This document shows positions 28,516 through 38,278 of a stretch of DNA of 64,000 nucleotides, in pieces; the stretch's first letter is position 1, and the number at the start of each line of letters is the position of its first letter. Where the stretch lies: the NCBI GenBank assembly GCA_040752415.1, contig JBFMGU010000001.1:1-64000 (forward strand), in the 5' to 3' direction. This DNA comes from Myxococcota bacterium (lineage in GTDB: Bacteria > Myxococcota > JACRCW01). Made by a program: the position numbers and the translations under genes. The notes below the pieces were generated by a model that had not been told where the DNA came from, did not search any database, and saw only the letters and a list, made by a program, of their open reading frames with translations.

Positions 28516-29586
28516 ATGGTCCTTCTGCTGCGCAACTGGAATGAGGCAGGGCAACCCAGCATGAAGCGCTGCGCTGATGGTTTGGCGTCGTGCCTGCAGC
28601 AGGCGGGTCTGCCCGCGCGCTCGTGGTGGCCGCGCACCGTGGGGCGGAACCTGGGACTGCGCACATCCGCCGCGCTCTCCCGCTACGCGGCACCGTTGTG
28701 GGAGCTGCCTCGTCGATGTCGCGGGAATCAACGCGTGCTCATTCCCGACCACGGCAACGGAATGTGGGTGAATGCGGTGGAGGGACACCGTTGTGCCGTC
28801 ATGTGCCACGACGTCATTCCGCTGCACGCGGCGGCGGGGCGCCTGGACCGTCGTAACGTGAGCGCGGGCGCACTGGTGGTGTTTCGTCTGGCCATGGAGG
28901 GGCTGCGCAGGGCGCGCGTGGTCATGACGCCGTCCCACGCCACCGCGCGCGACCTGGTGGAGCACGTGGGCCTCCCCGCGCAACGCGTTCATGTTGTGCC
29001 GCTGGGCGTGGATGAGGCGTTCCAGCCCATCGGTGAGCGCAAGGACCTGGGGTGTCCGTACGTGGTCAGCGTGGGCGTGGATCTCCCGTACAAGAACCTC
29101 GATGGCGTGGTCCGTGGCTTCATCGCGGCGGCCCGCCGGCGACGGGAGGTGCCGCTGAAGCTGGTGCGGTTGGGGCGTCCGCTCTCGTCGCCGCATCGCC
29201 AGCTCATCGACGAAGCGGGCCTCGCCTCCCGCGTGGTGGAGCCCACCGCGGAGCACCCCCTTGACGACGACGAGCTCGCCGCGTGGTACCGCGGTGCCAG
29301 CGCGCTCCTCTTCCCTTCACACTGGGAAGGCTACGGTTGGCCACCGAGGGAGGCGTTGGCCTGTGGCACGCCCGTCGTGCTTTCCAACCGCGGGGCGCTG
29401 GCGGAGCTGAGCGGTCCGGGCGTCCACAAGGTCACCGACCCGCACAGTGACAACGACATTGCCCGCGCAATCTGGGCGGCGTGTGACGACGGTGACAAGG
29501 GCGCGCGAGCGGAAACACCCCTCCGCTGGTCGGGCGTGACGCCGCTGCTCATGCACGCGCTCTCGCCCATCCTGGAGGCGGCTTAG
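28516..29586 (+). CDS. GT4 glycosyltransferase
   Basis: CHDVIPL, YKNLDG, FPSHWEGYGWPPREALACGTPV. Confidence 0.88.
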   Translation: MVLLLRNWNEAGQPSMKRCADGLASCLQQAGLPARSWWPRTVGRNLGLRTSAALSRYAAPLWELPRRCRGNQRVLIPDHGNGMWVNAVEGHRCAVMCHDVIPLHAAAGRLDRRNVSAGALVVFRLAMEGLRRARVVMTPSHATARDLVEHVGLPAQRVHVVPLGVDEAFQPIGERKDLGCPYVVSVGVDLPYKNLDGVVRGFIAAARRRREVPLKLVRLGRPLSSPHRQLIDEAGLASRVVEPTAEHPLDDDELAAWYRGASALLFPSHWEGYGWPPREALACGTPVVLSNRGALAELSGPGVHKVTDPHSDNDIARAIWAACDDGDKGARAETPLRWSGVTPLLMHALSPILEAA

Positions 29587-30747
29587 ATGACTGGCCTGCA
29601 CATCATGGTAGACGCGCTGTCGTCTCAGTCTGGCGGGGCACGGACGTACATGCGCGCGGTGTTGCCGCGTCTCGCGCAGCGTGGTGCCCGGCTGACGGTG
29701 GTGTGCCGCGAGTCGCAGCGTCGGGATTTTGGGCTCACCGCGCCGCAGGACGGCATCACCGTGGAGGTGGCGCCGGAGCGCGTGGCTCCTCTCTCGGCTC
29801 GCCTGGCATATTCGTCGACCGTGGTGCCGCTGCTGTGCGCGCGTCGTCACGTTGACGTGTTGTTCTGCCCCACCGACCACGCACCGCCGTGGGCGCCCTG
29901 CGCTGTGACCATGATGATCCGCAATCCCACGCCCTACGTGCGCGGGGAGAGCACCGTGGCCAGCACCGGACGCAGGATCCGTGAAGCCGGGATGCGCACC
30001 GTGACCGAGGCCAGCGCGTGGCGCAGCGACCGCATCATCCTCGTGAGCCAGGCCGCGCTCGACGCCACCGCCGCCGTCATCCGGTTGCCAACGTCGAGGC
30101 TGCGGGTGATCCACCACGGCCGCGACGCGCGCTTCCATCCGCCCACGCCGGGCCACGTGCGCGACGAGGCGCTGATCCTCGCCGTCAGCAGCATCTACGC
30201 GTTCAAGAACTACCCGGTCCTGCTCGAAGCGCTCGCGTTGCTGCACAACGTCGACGGGCTCCACCCGCGGGTGTTGATCGCGGGCGCGCCGTTTGACCGC
30301 GAGCACGCCGCGTTCCTGCACCGCCACACCGAGGCGCTGGGAATCTCCAAGCAGGTCTCGTTCCTGGGGGAGGTTCCCCACGCGGACCTGATTGACCTCT
30401 ACCGTCGCGCAACGGTGTTTGTGATGCCCAGCCGGCTGGAGACGTTCGGCCATCCGTACATTGAGGCCATGGCGACGGGCACGGCCACGGTGGCGGCGGA
30501 CATTCCCTGTGCCCGGGAGATGTGTGGCGACGCGGTGCAGTACTTTCCTCCGTCGTCACCGGCGGGCCTGGCGGAACAACTGCGTCAACTGCTGCGCGAC
30601 CTTCACGCGCGCGCGGAGCTGGAGCAGCGTGGTCCGCGTCAGGCCGAGCGGTTCTCCTGGGACCGTTGCGCGGATGAGACGCTGGCGGTGTTCCACGAGG
30701 CTGCGAACGCGCATGTCACACCCGGTCGGGCCCTGAAGGCAGTCTGA
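29587..30747 (+). CDS. GT4 glycosyltransferase
   Basis: GGARTY, KNYPVLL, PSRLETFGHPYIEAMATG, FSWDRCADET. Confidence 0.92.
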   Translation: MTGLHIMVDALSSQSGGARTYMRAVLPRLAQRGARLTVVCRESQRRDFGLTAPQDGITVEVAPERVAPLSARLAYSSTVVPLLCARRHVDVLFCPTDHAPPWAPCAVTMMIRNPTPYVRGESTVASTGRRIREAGMRTVTEASAWRSDRIILVSQAALDATAAVIRLPTSRLRVIHHGRDARFHPPTPGHVRDEALILAVSSIYAFKNYPVLLEALALLHNVDGLHPRVLIAGAPFDREHAAFLHRHTEALGISKQVSFLGEVPHADLIDLYRRATVFVMPSRLETFGHPYIEAMATGTATVAADIPCAREMCGDAVQYFPPSSPAGLAEQLRQLLRDLHARAELEQRGPRQAERFSWDRCADETLAVFHEAANAHVTPGRALKAV

Positions 30748-30751
30748 AGAG

Positions 30752-32602
30752 ATGTGCGGAATCGCCGGGTACGTGGGACCACGACGTCACCTGGACTCCC
30801 GGGTGCTGCTGGACGCGCTCGCGAGCCGTGGACCGGACGGGGAAGGGACCTTCGAAGAAGAGGGCTCTTCGTGGTCCGCCGTCTTGTGCCACCGCAGACT
30901 TGCGGTCATTGATCCGACCGCGCGCGCGGCGCAGCCCATGTTGCTCGGGAAGACGCATGCGTTGGTGTTCAACGGTGAAGTCTTCAATCACGCCGAGCTT
31001 CGCGTGCACCTTGAGCAACGCGGCCACCACTTTCGTACCCGAAGTGATACCGAAGTGCTGCTCCACGGCCTCGTCGAGGAGGGACCAGACTTCGTGGAGC
31101 GGCTGCGGGGGCCGTTCGCGTTTGCATTCCTGGAGCGCTCCAGCGGCCGGCTCATCCTCGGCAGGGATCGTCTTGGGGTGAACCCGCTCTACGTCAGCCA
31201 CGTTCCCGGCGGAGGCATCGCGTTCTCGTCGACGGTGGACGCGTTGATGCATGCGGGTCTGACGAGTCACGAGCTGAACCTGCGGGGTCTGTGCGGCTAT
31301 CTTTTCTACGGAAGTGTTCCAGAGCCGCTGACGCTGCTGCAGGACGTGGAGGAGCTGCCGCCAGGTATGTGGTGGCGGGTGTCGCCAGATGGCGGAATTC
31401 GTCGTCGCAGGTATTGGCGTCTCCCGGCGGAGTCCTCGTCGGGTGTTGATGCTGCGGCTCGGGTCCGCGAAGCGTTGCAGGACGCCGTCAAGGCGGAAAT
31501 GGTCAGTGACGTTCCCGTCGCGGTGTTGCTCTCCAGTGGCATTGACAGTGCGGCGGTGGCGGCGCTGGCATCCGCGCAGTCCCGAGAGGAATTGCGCGCA
31601 TTCACGGTTGGCTTCCCGGGTGGGGACGGCGCCGTCGACGAAACGTTGCTGGCCGCCGAGACCGCGCGAAGCCTTGGGTGCCAGCACGCCGTGGTGAAGG
31701 CGAATGTCTCATCCGGCGGGAAGGCGCTCCTCGACGCCGCCGCGGCGCAAGACCTCCCGAGCATTGACGGAACCAATACCTACCTGGTCAGCCAGGCCAT
31801 CCGCCGGGCAGGGTTCAAGGTCGCGCTCTCCGGATTGGGCGGCGACGAGCTCTTCCTCGGCTACGGAAACCGACGCACCTTCCACCGTCTCCGGCAGGTC
31901 AGCCGTGGCGCTTTGCCGAGGGGCGCGGGGTGGGCGGCGGCGCGGCTGGCACGGGCCCTGGGCGTTTCCACCCGTGTGGAGCGGGCCGTGTTTGCGGCGA
32001 TGCAGCCGCGCGGCCTCGTGGGAGCCTATGCGGCAGTACGCACCGTGATGGGGCCCGCCACCCTGCTTTCCCTGCTTCATCCCGAGGTGCGCGGTGGCGT
32101 CATGCCGGAAGACCTGGACCCGGTCACCTATCTTTCCGCGGATTCGCTCCCCGTGGATCCCGATGGTGCGCTAAGCAGGTTGGAGCTGAGCAATTACCTG
32201 CGCAGCACGCTGCTCAAGGATTCCAACATCCTCAGCCTCGCCAACGGCGTGGAGCTTCGCGTGCCATTGATGGACTGGAAGCTTGTGGAAGCGGTCCTCG
32301 CCCTCCCCGGTCACGTTCGCGCCGCGGGTACTCCACCCAAGCCGCTCCTGCGCGAGGCGCTGCAAGGCATCCTTCCCGACGGCCTGGAGCGTCGGCCGAA
32401 GGTGGGGTTCGTGCTTCCGTTGTCGTCGTGGCTGGGGGAGGCCTCGTCGGCGCTGCCCACCTCGTACCTTCAGGGCGTGATGGTTCCGGAGACGGCGGCG
32501 GAACCATTGCCCATCCGACTGGCCCGCGCGTTCCTCTCAACGTTCCTTGCGCGACGCGCCACCGCGACCGCGCCATCACGGATGAACCGTCTCTCCGCCT
32601 GA
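30752..32602 (+). CDS. asnB: Asparagine-synthetase-like glutamine amidotransferase (likely uronic acid amidation)
   Basis: MCGIAG (N-terminal Cys), RGPD, HRRLAVID, FNGEVFN, LSSGIDS, LSGLGGDELF, ELRVP. Confidence 0.92.
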   Translation: MCGIAGYVGPRRHLDSRVLLDALASRGPDGEGTFEEEGSSWSAVLCHRRLAVIDPTARAAQPMLLGKTHALVFNGEVFNHAELRVHLEQRGHHFRTRSDTEVLLHGLVEEGPDFVERLRGPFAFAFLERSSGRLILGRDRLGVNPLYVSHVPGGGIAFSSTVDALMHAGLTSHELNLRGLCGYLFYGSVPEPLTLLQDVEELPPGMWWRVSPDGGIRRRRYWRLPAESSSGVDAAARVREALQDAVKAEMVSDVPVAVLLSSGIDSAAVAALASAQSREELRAFTVGFPGGDGAVDETLLAAETARSLGCQHAVVKANVSSGGKALLDAAAAQDLPSIDGTNTYLVSQAIRRAGFKVALSGLGGDELFLGYGNRRTFHRLRQVSRGALPRGAGWAAARLARALGVSTRVERAVFAAMQPRGLVGAYAAVRTVMGPATLLSLLHPEVRGGVMPEDLDPVTYLSADSLPVDPDGALSRLELSNYLRSTLLKDSNILSLANGVELRVPLMDWKLVEAVLALPGHVRAAGTPPKPLLREALQGILPDGLERRPKVGFVLPLSSWLGEASSALPTSYLQGVMVPETAAEPLPIRLARAFLSTFLARRATATAPSRMNRLSA

Positions 32603-32634
32603 CGTCGGACCACTCACGGAAGGTCGCTAAGCAC

Positions 32635-33393
32635 ATGGCAACGGTCAGGGTGATACCGCGGCTGGACATCAAGGGGCCCAACCTGGTGAAGGGCATCCAC
32701 CTCGAGGGCCTTCGCGTGATGGGCGACCCGGCGGAGTTTGCCGTTCGCTACTACCAACAGGGTGCGGACGAGCTGCTGTACATGGACATCGTCGCCAGCT
32801 TGTACGGCCGCAACAACCTGACCGCCGTGGTGGAGCGCACCGCGCGCGACATCTTCGTCCCGCTGACGGTGGGTGGCGGCGTCAGGAGCATTGACGACAT
32901 CCGCACGCTGCTTCGGGTTGGTGCGGACAAGGTGGCCATCAACACCGCCGCCATTCGCAATCCGCAGTTCATCTCGGAGGCGGCTCGGACGTTTGGCTCA
33001 CAGTGCATTGTTCTTAGCATTGAGGCTAAGCGAACTCCGAATGGCTGGGAGGCCTACACGGACAACGGGCGCGAGAAGACGGGCGTCGACGCTGTCACCT
33101 GGGCCGAGCGCGGCATGGAGCTGGGCGCAGGTGAGATCCTGGTGACGTCGGTGGACCAGGAAGGAACCAGCAAGGGCTTTGACCTCCCGTTGGTGACGGC
33201 CATCTCCAAGCGGGTGCGCATTCCCGTGATCGCCTGCGGCGGCTGTGGAACGCCAGAGCACGCGGCCCAGGCCGTTGCGGATGGCAAGGCGGATGCCGTG
33301 GCGGTGGCCACCGTCCTGCACTACGGGCGACACACCATCCGCGACGTCAAAGCGGCCGTGCGCGCACGCGGCCTGGACGTGAGGGGCGCATGA
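32635..33393 (+). CDS. hisF: HisF2/WbuZ-type cyclase paralog (acetamidino modification)
   Basis: RVIPRLDIKGPNLVKG, PLTVGGG, GADKVAINT, TSVDQEGT. Located in the glycan cluster with no other his genes. Confidence 0.88.
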   Translation: MATVRVIPRLDIKGPNLVKGIHLEGLRVMGDPAEFAVRYYQQGADELLYMDIVASLYGRNNLTAVVERTARDIFVPLTVGGGVRSIDDIRTLLRVGADKVAINTAAIRNPQFISEAARTFGSQCIVLSIEAKRTPNGWEAYTDNGREKTGVDAVTWAERGMELGAGEILVTSVDQEGTSKGFDLPLVTAISKRVRIPVIACGGCGTPEHAAQAVADGKADAVAVATVLHYGRHTIRDVKAAVRARGLDVRGA

Positions 33394-34037
33394 CGACGAG
33401 CAAGGTGGTCACAGTGGTGGATTACGGGCTTGGCAACCTGTTCAGCGTGGAGCGCGCGCTGGCTGCGGTGGGAGCCCAGGCGCGTTTTGCGCAGCGGGCC
33501 GAGGACCTTCTCGCTGCGGATCGGGTCATCCTGCCCGGTGTGGGCGCTTTCGCCGACGGGATGCGCGGTCTCACCGAGCGCGGGCTGTTGGCACCCATCC
33601 AGGAAGTGGTGGCGCGCGGCACGCCCCTGCTCGGCATCTGCCTGGGAATGCAATTGCTCATGACGGAGGGGCACGAGTTTGGCCATCACCAGGGACTGGG
33701 CGTCCTCCCCGGCGCCGTGGTGCCCATTCCTCCGCCCGACGCGAACGGTGGCTACAAGGTGCCGAACATGGGCTGGGGACGCCTGCTTCCCGCCGCCAGC
33801 GACACATCGTGGCAGGGCACCGTGCTTGCCGACGTCAAGCGGGGCGAACACGTCTATTTCGTGCATGGTTTCGTGGTTCAGCCCAGCGTCGAGCAGCACG
33901 CGGTAGCCATGGCGGAGTGCGGTCCGCACCGCTTCTGCGCGTCGGTGCGTCGCGAGAATGTGCACGGAACGCAGTTCCACCCGGAGAAGAGCGGCCCCGC
34001 GGGACAGGCCATCCTCTCCGCATTCCTCAAGATGTGA
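33390..34037 (+). CDS. hisH: HisH2/WbuY-type glutamine amidotransferase subunit
   Basis: VDYGLGNL, LPGVGAF, GICLGMQ, YFVHG, QFHPEKSG. Confidence 0.92.
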   Translation: MTTSKVVTVVDYGLGNLFSVERALAAVGAQARFAQRAEDLLAADRVILPGVGAFADGMRGLTERGLLAPIQEVVARGTPLLGICLGMQLLMTEGHEFGHHQGLGVLPGAVVPIPPPDANGGYKVPNMGWGRLLPAASDTSWQGTVLADVKRGEHVYFVHGFVVQPSVEQHAVAMAECGPHRFCASVRRENVHGTQFHPEKSGPAGQAILSAFLKM

Positions 34038-34079
34038 ACGCAGCACCCATCACGGAAGCCCACGACGGAGAAACCATCC

Positions 34080-35360
34080 ATGGAACAGACCACCCAGGAA
34101 CTTGAAGCGTATTACGGCCTCCCCCGGGAAGTCCGGTTCTGTCGTCGCTGCGTGATTTCCAACCAGCGGCCAAATTCCGCCGTGGAGTTCAAGCACACCC
34201 GCGACAGCAAGAAGGCGACCATTGGGTTCGACGCCGAGGGCGTGTGTGATGCGTGTCGCTTCGCGGAGCACAAGAAGGCCACCATTGATTGGAAGGCTCG
34301 CGAGCAGCAACTGCGCGAGTTGTGCGACCGCTACCGTAGCAGCGACGGAAGCTACGACTGCCTGGTGCCCGGCTCTGGCGGCAAGGACAGCTTCTACGCG
34401 GCACACAAGCTGAAGTACGAGTACGGCATGCACCCGCTGACGGTAACGTGGGCGCCGCACATCTACACGGACTGGGGCTGGAAGAATCACCGCGCGTGGA
34501 TCAACGCGGGTTTCGATAACTACCTCTTCACGCCCAATGGTCGCGTGCATCGGTTGTTGACGCGTCTTGCCGTCGACAACCTGTTCCACCCGTTCCAGCC
34601 GTTCATCTTGGGCCAGAAGAACCTGGCGCCGCGCATGGCCGTGATGCTGGGGATCCCGTTGGTGTTCTACGGCGAGAACGAGGCGGAGTACGGCAACCCC
34701 ATCGCCGACACCGGGACGGCGCTTCGCGACCAGCGCTACTTCACGGTGGACGACTATTCGAAAGTGTACCTGGGAGGCGCGTCCCTGGTGGACCTCATGG
34801 AGCGTTACGGGTTGGAGAAGGTGGACTTTGACCCGTACCTGCCCGTCAACGCCGAGCGCGCCGCCAAGTTGAAGATGGAGGTGCACTATCTGGGCTACTA
34901 CCTGAAGTGGCACCCGCAATCCTGCTACTACTACGCCGTCGAGAATGGCGGGTTCCAGGCCGCTCCCGAGCGCACGCCGGGCACCTACAGCAAGTACAAC
35001 TCCATCGACGACCGCATTGACGACTTCCACTACTACACGACGTGGATCAAGTTCGGGATTGGTCGCGCCACGTATGATGCCGCCCAGGAAATCCGCTCCG
35101 GCGACATCACCCGGGACGAGGGTGTGGCCTTGGTGAAGCGGTTCGACGGCGAGTTCCCCGAGCGGTTCGCGGAGGAGATCTTCGAGTATCTTAGCATCCC
35201 GGCGAAGGAGTTCCCCAAGGCGACCGCGGCATTCGCACAGCCCAACATGACCCGCGCCACCTTCATGGAGCTCGCGGACAAGTTCAGGTCTCCGCATCTC
35301 TGGCGGAAGACGTCGACGGGGTGGGAGCTGCGTCACACCATCTGGAAGGACGCGCCATGA
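34080..35360 (+). CDS. N-acetyl sugar amidotransferase (WbuX/PseA/PtmG-like)
   Basis: N-terminal CRRC and CDAC, PP-loop SGGKDS, YGENEAEY, KFGIGRATYDAAQEIR. Confidence 0.92.
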   Translation: MEQTTQELEAYYGLPREVRFCRRCVISNQRPNSAVEFKHTRDSKKATIGFDAEGVCDACRFAEHKKATIDWKAREQQLRELCDRYRSSDGSYDCLVPGSGGKDSFYAAHKLKYEYGMHPLTVTWAPHIYTDWGWKNHRAWINAGFDNYLFTPNGRVHRLLTRLAVDNLFHPFQPFILGQKNLAPRMAVMLGIPLVFYGENEAEYGNPIADTGTALRDQRYFTVDDYSKVYLGGASLVDLMERYGLEKVDFDPYLPVNAERAAKLKMEVHYLGYYLKWHPQSCYYYAVENGGFQAAPERTPGTYSKYNSIDDRIDDFHYYTTWIKFGIGRATYDAAQEIRSGDITRDEGVALVKRFDGEFPERFAEEIFEYLSIPAKEFPKATAAFAQPNMTRATFMELADKFRSPHLWRKTSTGWELRHTIWKDAP

Positions 35361-37096
35361 GCGCCCCGCGCATCCTCGCGCTGGTGCCGGCGCGCGGTGG
35401 AAGCAAGGGCCTGCCCGGGAAGAACCTCAAGCGCCTGGCGGGGCGCACGCTCGTGGGCTGGGCGCTGGAGCGGGCCCGCAGGCTCTCGCAGAAGCGGGCG
35501 GGGGTGATCATTCATCTGAGCACCGACAGCGACGAGATCGCGCGCGCGGTGCCCGAGGACCTGCGCCCGCCTCGCCTCCGCCCGCCGGAACTTGCGCAGG
35601 ACCACACCGCCATGATGGACGTGGTGGAGCATGAGCTGCGCGTGCTGGCAGCAGAGGGACAGTCCCCCAACGTGGTGCTCCTGCTCCAGCCCACCTCACC
35701 GCTCATCTCCGACGAGGACGTGGATGCCCTGCTTGCCGCGTGTGAGAAGGCGGGCTCCGCGGCGCTGGTGACGCCCATGGAGCATCCCGTCGAGTGGTCG
35801 CTCACGTTGCGCGACGGGATGCTTGGACCGCTCCTTCCCGGTGAGCTTCCCACCCGTCGACAGGACTGCGCCGCGGCGTATCGCCTCGTGGGAGTGTTCG
35901 CATCCACCGTCCGCTTCCTGCGAGAGACGAAGAAGTTCACCGTTCCGGGGCGCACCGCGGGCGTGGTGATTCCGGGGAGCCGGGCGGTCGACGTCGACAC
36001 GGCAGAGGACCTGGCCCATTGCGCAGCGTTGCTCAGGACGCGACCGGCGGGCGTCCTGCGCATCGGGTCCCGGGAGGTGGGGCCGGGGAAGCCGTGCCTG
36101 GTGATTGCGGAGGCGGGCGTCAACCACAATGGCGACGAGGCGCGGGCCATGGAGATGGTGCGCGTGGCCGCGGCCGCGGGCGCAGACGCGGTGAAGTTCC
36201 AGACCTTCAAGACCTCCGCGCTGGTGACCGCGTCCGCACGAAAGGCGGCCTACCAGGTGGCCAACACCGGGAGTGACGACGGGCAGAAGGACATGCTCGC
36301 CCAGCTGGAGCTGCCGCGGGAAGCCTATGCGCGACTGAAGGCTGAGGCCGAGCGGCTGGGAATCATCTTCCTCTCGACGCCCTTCGAGTCGGAGAGCGCG
36401 AAGCTGCTCAACGACCTGGGAGTCCACGCGTTCAAGCTTCCCTCGGGGGAGATCACCAACCACCCCTTCCTGCAGGAAGTGGCAGCCATGGGAAGACCGA
36501 TGATTCTTTCGTCGGGAATGGCCACCCTGGAGGAGGTTGAGGCGGCGGTGGATGCGGTGCGTGCTGCGGGTGCGTCGTCGGTGGCGATGCTCCATTGCGT
36601 CAGCAGCTACCCCGCTCCCGTGGAGCACACCAACCTGCGTGCCATGGACAGCCTCTCCGATGCGCTGGGTATCCCGGTGGGGCTCTCTGATCACTCCATG
36701 GGAATTGACGTTGCCATTGCGGCGGTGGCGCGCGGTGGGTCGATCATCGAGAAGCACTTCACGTTGTCCCGTTCCCTTCCCGGTCCCGACCACGCCGCGT
36801 CCCTGGAACCCGGCGAGCTCCGCGAGATGATTGCATCCATCCGTCGCGTGGAAGCCGCGCTTGGCGACGGAATCAAGCGTCCCACGCCCCAGGAGCTGGA
36901 CACCGCCATTGCCGCGCGCAAGAGCCTGGTGGCCGCGCGAGCGCTTCCCGCGGGTCATGTCCTGACCACGGGTGACATCGCCATCAAGCGGCCCGGCAGC
37001 GGAATCTCACCGGCGCGGCTTCGCGAAGTCCTGGGTCGGGGTCTCGCACGCTCCGTGGAAGAGGATGCGGTGTTGGCCTGGTCGGACCTGGTCTGA
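35357..37096 (+). CDS. neuA-neuB: Fused CMP-nonulosonate synthetase (NeuA/LegF) and nonulosonate synthase (NeuB/LegI) with C-terminal SAF domain
   Basis: NeuA part: PARGGSKGLPGKN, STDS, LQPTSP, DVDTAEDL. NeuB part: IAEAGVNHNG, AVKFQTF, LHCVSSYP, GLSDHS, IEKHFT, KRPGSGISP. One uninterrupted frame, ATGA-coupled to the upstream gene. Confidence 0.92.
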   Translation: MSAPRILALVPARGGSKGLPGKNLKRLAGRTLVGWALERARRLSQKRAGVIIHLSTDSDEIARAVPEDLRPPRLRPPELAQDHTAMMDVVEHELRVLAAEGQSPNVVLLLQPTSPLISDEDVDALLAACEKAGSAALVTPMEHPVEWSLTLRDGMLGPLLPGELPTRRQDCAAAYRLVGVFASTVRFLRETKKFTVPGRTAGVVIPGSRAVDVDTAEDLAHCAALLRTRPAGVLRIGSREVGPGKPCLVIAEAGVNHNGDEARAMEMVRVAAAAGADAVKFQTFKTSALVTASARKAAYQVANTGSDDGQKDMLAQLELPREAYARLKAEAERLGIIFLSTPFESESAKLLNDLGVHAFKLPSGEITNHPFLQEVAAMGRPMILSSGMATLEEVEAAVDAVRAAGASSVAMLHCVSSYPAPVEHTNLRAMDSLSDALGIPVGLSDHSMGIDVAIAAVARGGSIIEKHFTLSRSLPGPDHAASLEPGELREMIASIRRVEAALGDGIKRPTPQELDTAIAARKSLVAARALPAGHVLTTGDIAIKRPGSGISPARLREVLGRGLARSVEEDAVLAWSDLV

Positions 37097-37104
37097 GGGA
37101 TGCC

Positions 37105-38256
37105 TTGCGTATTGCGGTGCTGACGACGGGACGACAGGACTGGAGCATCCTCCAGCCCCTGGCACGCGCGCTGGCGCAGTCGGCGGATTTCCAGCTGTGC
37201 CTGGTCGCCGGCGGGATGCACGGTCGCGGTGGGCGCATCCCCGACGAGATTGACGGATTGCGTGTGGACGCGAAGGTGGACGTTCTTCCGCAGGACGACA
37301 GCAGGCTGGCCATTGCCACGGCGGCAGGCCGGACCACGGAGGCGGTGGCGGAGGCGCTCAACCGAGTGCGCGCCGAAGCGCTGCTGCTTGTCGGAGACCG
37401 GACCGAGAGCCTGGCCGCGGTGGTTGCAGCAACGTGCCTCCAGCTTCCCGTCATCCACCTGCATGGCGGCGAGGAAACGGAAGGCGCCATTGACAACGCG
37501 TGCCGCCACGCGATCACGAAGCTCAGTCACTTGCACCTCGTGGCGCACGAGTCGTTTGCCCGGCGCGTTCGGCAGATGGGGGAGGAGCCGTCGCGGGTGT
37601 TCGTGACGGGGGCACTGGGGATTGATGCGGCGCGTACCGTGGAGCGCATGTCCCGGGCGGAGCTTGCTGCGGAGCTCGGCATCACCGACGTCAACCTTCC
37701 TTGGATTCTCTGCACGCACCATCCCACCACCCTGGGCGAAGACCCCGCGCGTGAGTTCTCTGCCGTGCTGGAAGGACTCCGCCGGGTCATGGCCAGGCAG
37801 CCCGTGGAGCTGGTGTTCACCGTGCCCAACGCTGACGCCGGCAATGGCGCACTGGTCCGCCTGTTGCGAGATTTTGCGCAGAGGCATCCCCGCGTCCACG
37901 TCGTGGAGGCGCTGGGAGCGCGCAGGTATTACTCGATGCTTTCGTGCGTTGCGGTGATGGTGGGGAATTCCTCCAGTGGGATCCTGGAGGCCCCGTTTTT
38001 CGGCCTCCCCGTTGTCAATGTGGGGGACCGTCAGAAGGGGCGGCTTCGATCTGCGCATGTTGTCGACGTGACCCCGGATGCCGACGCCGTTGCCGATGCC
38101 GTGGCCCAGTCACTGGCCCCGGAGCGCCGTGCGGAGCTCACCAACGTGGAGAGCCCGTTCGGTGACGGTCACGCGACCGAAAAGGTCCTGGCTGCACTGC
38201 GCGCGGTGGCGCCCACGCTGGCCAATGTCCGCAAGCGTTTCCACGCCGTTCCCTGA
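37105..38256 (+). CDS. neuC: Hydrolysing NDP-N-acetylglucosamine/bacillosamine 2-epimerase (NeuC/LegG)
   Basis: TTGRQDW, GDRTESL, HLHGGEETEGAID, RHAITKLSH, GNSSSGILEAP, GDRQKGR, PFGDG. Confidence 0.93.
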   Translation: MRIAVLTTGRQDWSILQPLARALAQSADFQLCLVAGGMHGRGGRIPDEIDGLRVDAKVDVLPQDDSRLAIATAAGRTTEAVAEALNRVRAEALLLVGDRTESLAAVVAATCLQLPVIHLHGGEETEGAIDNACRHAITKLSHLHLVAHESFARRVRQMGEEPSRVFVTGALGIDAARTVERMSRAELAAELGITDVNLPWILCTHHPTTLGEDPAREFSAVLEGLRRVMARQPVELVFTVPNADAGNGALVRLLRDFAQRHPRVHVVEALGARRYYSMLSCVAVMVGNSSSGILEAPFFGLPVVNVGDRQKGRLRSAHVVDVTPDADAVADAVAQSLAPERRAELTNVESPFGDGHATEKVLAALRAVAPTLANVRKRFHAVP

Positions 38257-38278
38257 GTTCGCGCCGAGGAGAGAACCC

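Noticed and set aside
32635..34037. Histidine biosynthesis operon
   Set aside because: No other his genes are present, and adjacency to the WbuX-like amidotransferase indicates glycan-modifying paralogs.
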